From NCBI GenBank assembly GCA_024626585.2, contig JANKJI020000002.1, positions 221,901,239 through 221,926,530 on the forward strand: a stretch of DNA of 25,292 nt, read 5' to 3'. Positions 22,563 to 25,292 of the stretch are shown piece after piece (the first letter of the stretch is position 1; each line of letters starts with the position of its first letter). A model generated the notes under the pieces. That model made no database searches, was not told the DNA's origin, and worked only from the letters and a program-made list of their open reading frames with translations. Position numbers and translations under genes: made by a program. The DNA is from Ginkgo biloba (taxonomy: Eukaryota > Plantae > Ginkgophyta).

Positions 22563-22845
22563 TTGTTGATTTGCTTTTGGCTTCCCTGCTCCCATTGGCA
22601 TCTTTTGGCGGTTGCTCTGTCGGATTTTTGGTTGCTGGTGGGTTTAAGATGGCCTTCCCATCTGCTTTTGGCCTCCCTACTCCCATGGGATTCTATTGGC
22701 GGTTGTTATGTCGACTATGATGGTAGTTGGTGGGCTCAAGAAGGCTTTCTTGTTGATCGACTTTTGGCTTTCCTATTCCCATTGGCGTCTTTTGGCGGTT
22801 GTTTAACCATCTTTGATGGTAGTTGGTGGGCATGTGAAGGCCTTC
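22563..22845. repeat. Diverged 91-96-bp tandem repeat x3 in a GC/CpG-richer segment
   Basis: TTGGCGGTTG occurs at 22605, 22696 and 22792. GATGGTAGTTGGTGGGC repeats 96 bp apart. Confidence 0.8.
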
Positions 22846-25169
22846 GAGGTTGTCCCAGTATGGTGGGAACCCTCAGATGTAATTTGGCTTAATGAAGAGT
22901 CTTTTCTGTTGTATTCCAAGTGTATGGTTCCTTTGTTTCACAATTTCTCTGATTCAAATCTTGCAATGACTTTTTTTCGAATGGTGGAGGTCTTCGGAGA
23001 GTCCATTTCTGCCTCTCAGTGTTACCAGGCAGTATGGCGGTAACTGGGGATTTNNNNNNNNNNNNNNNNNNNNNNNNNNNNNNNNNNNNNNNNNNNNNNN
23101 NNNNNNNNNNNNNNNNNNNNNNNNNNNNNNNNNNNNNNNNNNNNNNNNNNNNNTATATGATTTTTAATCATTACAATATTACATAATACATAAATATGTT
23201 AGGTTAATAATAAAAAATAAATATTTTAATGTTGATATATTAAGGCTTATAATGCAATTACATGGATGGGGGAGTATTTATTTATTAAATATTCTCATTG
23301 GATTATTTATTTTATGGGATTATACTAAGATTAATACCTTACTCTATGGCCTCGTATCTTCATAAATTTAAGAGCTTAATCTCCAATTATTGTCACATAA
23401 TAAAATGATAAGTTTTGTTGATTATTGTTTCCCCCCTTTACTCAATGTCAAATTTATGGTGATTCACATTGTGGACTCCCTTAGAAACATTTCTTCCTTA
23501 AATCTCTAAGCTTGTAGGAGAGAGCTCTAGTCCTTTCATACTTTAACAAAACTACATAAAGTTGTTATTTCTAGGTTACTATTATTGTTGTGGGATGAAT
23601 AGCTTTTGTTAGGGCTAGTTCTACTTATTTTACACCATGTGGTCTTTGGTTCAATCATCTTGGAGTTGAATCCCCTTTGAAACACTTAATGTGATTACAA
23701 CCTTATCTCATGTTCTTTTCCTTGACAAGTTGATTAATATTACATTACTAAACTATGTGTGTGGATTATAATACATTCCTAATTGGGTACACAAACTTTG
23801 GTGAAAATCCACAAAGTTATAAAGTTGCAAGTTCATATACATGTGCAAGTACTTGCAGAGTTAGTTTCTATGTTACAAACAAAAGATGACTCCACAAATT
23901 TTGAACTTCTAATGTTGGTTTCATTATCAACAATGCTCATATGATCGTGATTAGATTGGTTAAAACCATTTATGGTGGCATATAGTAACTTCACTATTAC
24001 AAACTAGTGTTTGGTAATGGTAATTATGATTGTTTAAACCTTTTAAACACTCAAATTAATACACATGTAAACATGAAAAATGTTAGTGGCTATATATAGC
24101 AATTTGACTTCATTTTTTTACCAAAATTCCCAAAAATTAGATTTGCCAGTACACAAAATTCTTCTAAAATATTCACCAAGTTTTTNNNNNNNNNNNNNNN
24201 NNNNNNNNNNNCATAATTTATTTACCAAATTTAATATAAAATACTAAAAAAAAATTTTTACTAGAATTTTTGTCCATAATATATATTATATTTATTTTGA
24301 TATCTTAAAATTATTGACATTACTTATATAAAAAAAGTCTTAAGTTTTAAGATTTTTCCTGCTTGCAAAAAAATAGTATGAAAGGTTAACGTAGACACTA
24401 CTTTCAAAGATAAACTCATAAGGTGGGTTATACAAATTTTCCATTCATTTATCGAAAACCTATGTAAATTTCCCATTCATTTCCCAAAAGCCTACTTTCC
24501 ATTAACTTCTCTCCTAGTTAACGCTAACCTCAAGAAGANNNNNNNNNNNNNNNNNNNNNNNNNNNNNACTCCTCTTCTAGTTGAGGCTAACCATGAGATA
24601 AAATAGTTGATATAAGAAAAAGAGGGGATCAAAGGCAACATCTTTGACTATTTCTAAGAACCTCATGGATCGATGATAATCATCTGTAACATTTTTTTTC
24701 CTAGTAACAGGTATATGCGGGGTGACACCAAAATTCCAAACAGCCATATAACACTCCATTCAGTTAAGGGGTGAGATGTTTTGTTGTTGGATCCACATCT
24801 TGAAAATAGAATATGGTGTTTGTGATGATACTACTGATGAAACATTCGAAANNNNNNNNNNNNNNNNNNNNNNNNNNNNNNNTTATTCAACATTTTCTAC
24901 TGTGTCTGTGTCTGACCACCTAATTGTAATATCTTTGTGTTGATCAATCTCACCCATTGGAATGTGTCCATCTGACGGTCTTTGAGTAAACTCCATTGAA
25001 ATTGTGGTGGGTAGACTTCCTTCGAGTGTGAAATGCTTATGGGACAAGCAATTGCATTTCTTTGATTGAACTGCAGAGTCTAATTCATCTTAAAAGGTGG
25101 GTTTTCCAAGCTGTTTGTAGCAAGTTTTTTTTCCAACGAGTGCATTGACAATAAATAATGCAGAATGTA

Positions 25170-25202
25170 ATTTTGCTTCCTGATTTCTTGATTTCATAGC
25201 AG
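25170..25202 (+). other. Probable 5'-UTR intron acceptor (NAGNAG) just before the NECAP-like start codon
   Basis: T-rich tract TTTTGCTTCCTGATTTCTTGATTTCA followed by TAG CAG, ending 6 nt before AAATAATGGCG's ATG. Confidence 0.4.
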
Positions 25203-25208
25203 TAAATA

Positions 25209-25292
25209 ATGGCGAAAGATGATCAAACTGGGCCAGAACCTCAACCGGAGGAAGAAGAGGAATCCGAAACAGCGGAGTTGATATTGTTTCAG
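25209..25292 (+). CDS. NECAP: Start of a probable NECAP-family (adaptin ear-binding coat-associated) protein; runs off the window
   Basis: The ATG sits in strong plant context (AAATAATGGCG) and translates MAKDDQTGPEPQPEEEEESETAELILFQ. An acidic run followed by EL(V/I)LFQ resembles the plant NECAP N-terminus (…EAIELVLFQV.ECYVYLIPPRK). Only 28 codons are visible. Confidence 0.6.
   Translation, partial: MAKDDQTGPEPQPEEEEESETAELILFQ

Overview
AT-rich, gap-riddled plant nuclear scaffold. The retroelement protein remnants resemble gymnosperm-type Ty3/Gypsy, but this is an inference and the species is not identified. There are two host genes. (1) A minus-strand chloroplast monothiol glutaredoxin GRXS16 (GIY-YIG-like N-terminal domain plus class II Grx domain) has visible exons at 9488-9616 and 7999-8502, a 985-nt GT-AG intron, and its start lost in a 100-N gap. 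It carries an atypical CGYS active site and GGAE in place of GGCD. (2) The first 28 codons of a probable NECAP-family adaptor lie on the plus strand at the window end (25209-25292). Most of the rest is heavily decayed Ty3/Gypsy material: a chromovirus-like RT, an Athila-like RT, and a Tat-like gag-protease-RT-integrase element with an internal RT/RNase H deletion and a duplicated integrase tail. There are also two primer-binding sites and several tandem repeats (30, 91-96, 111, 143 and ~496 bp). The most unusual signal is a CpG-retaining, hairpin-dense island in the GRXS16 intron. It contains a 73-nt tRNA-sized element with an intact acceptor stem and T-arm but no anticodon stem, and is preceded by a strong cryptic 3' splice site.
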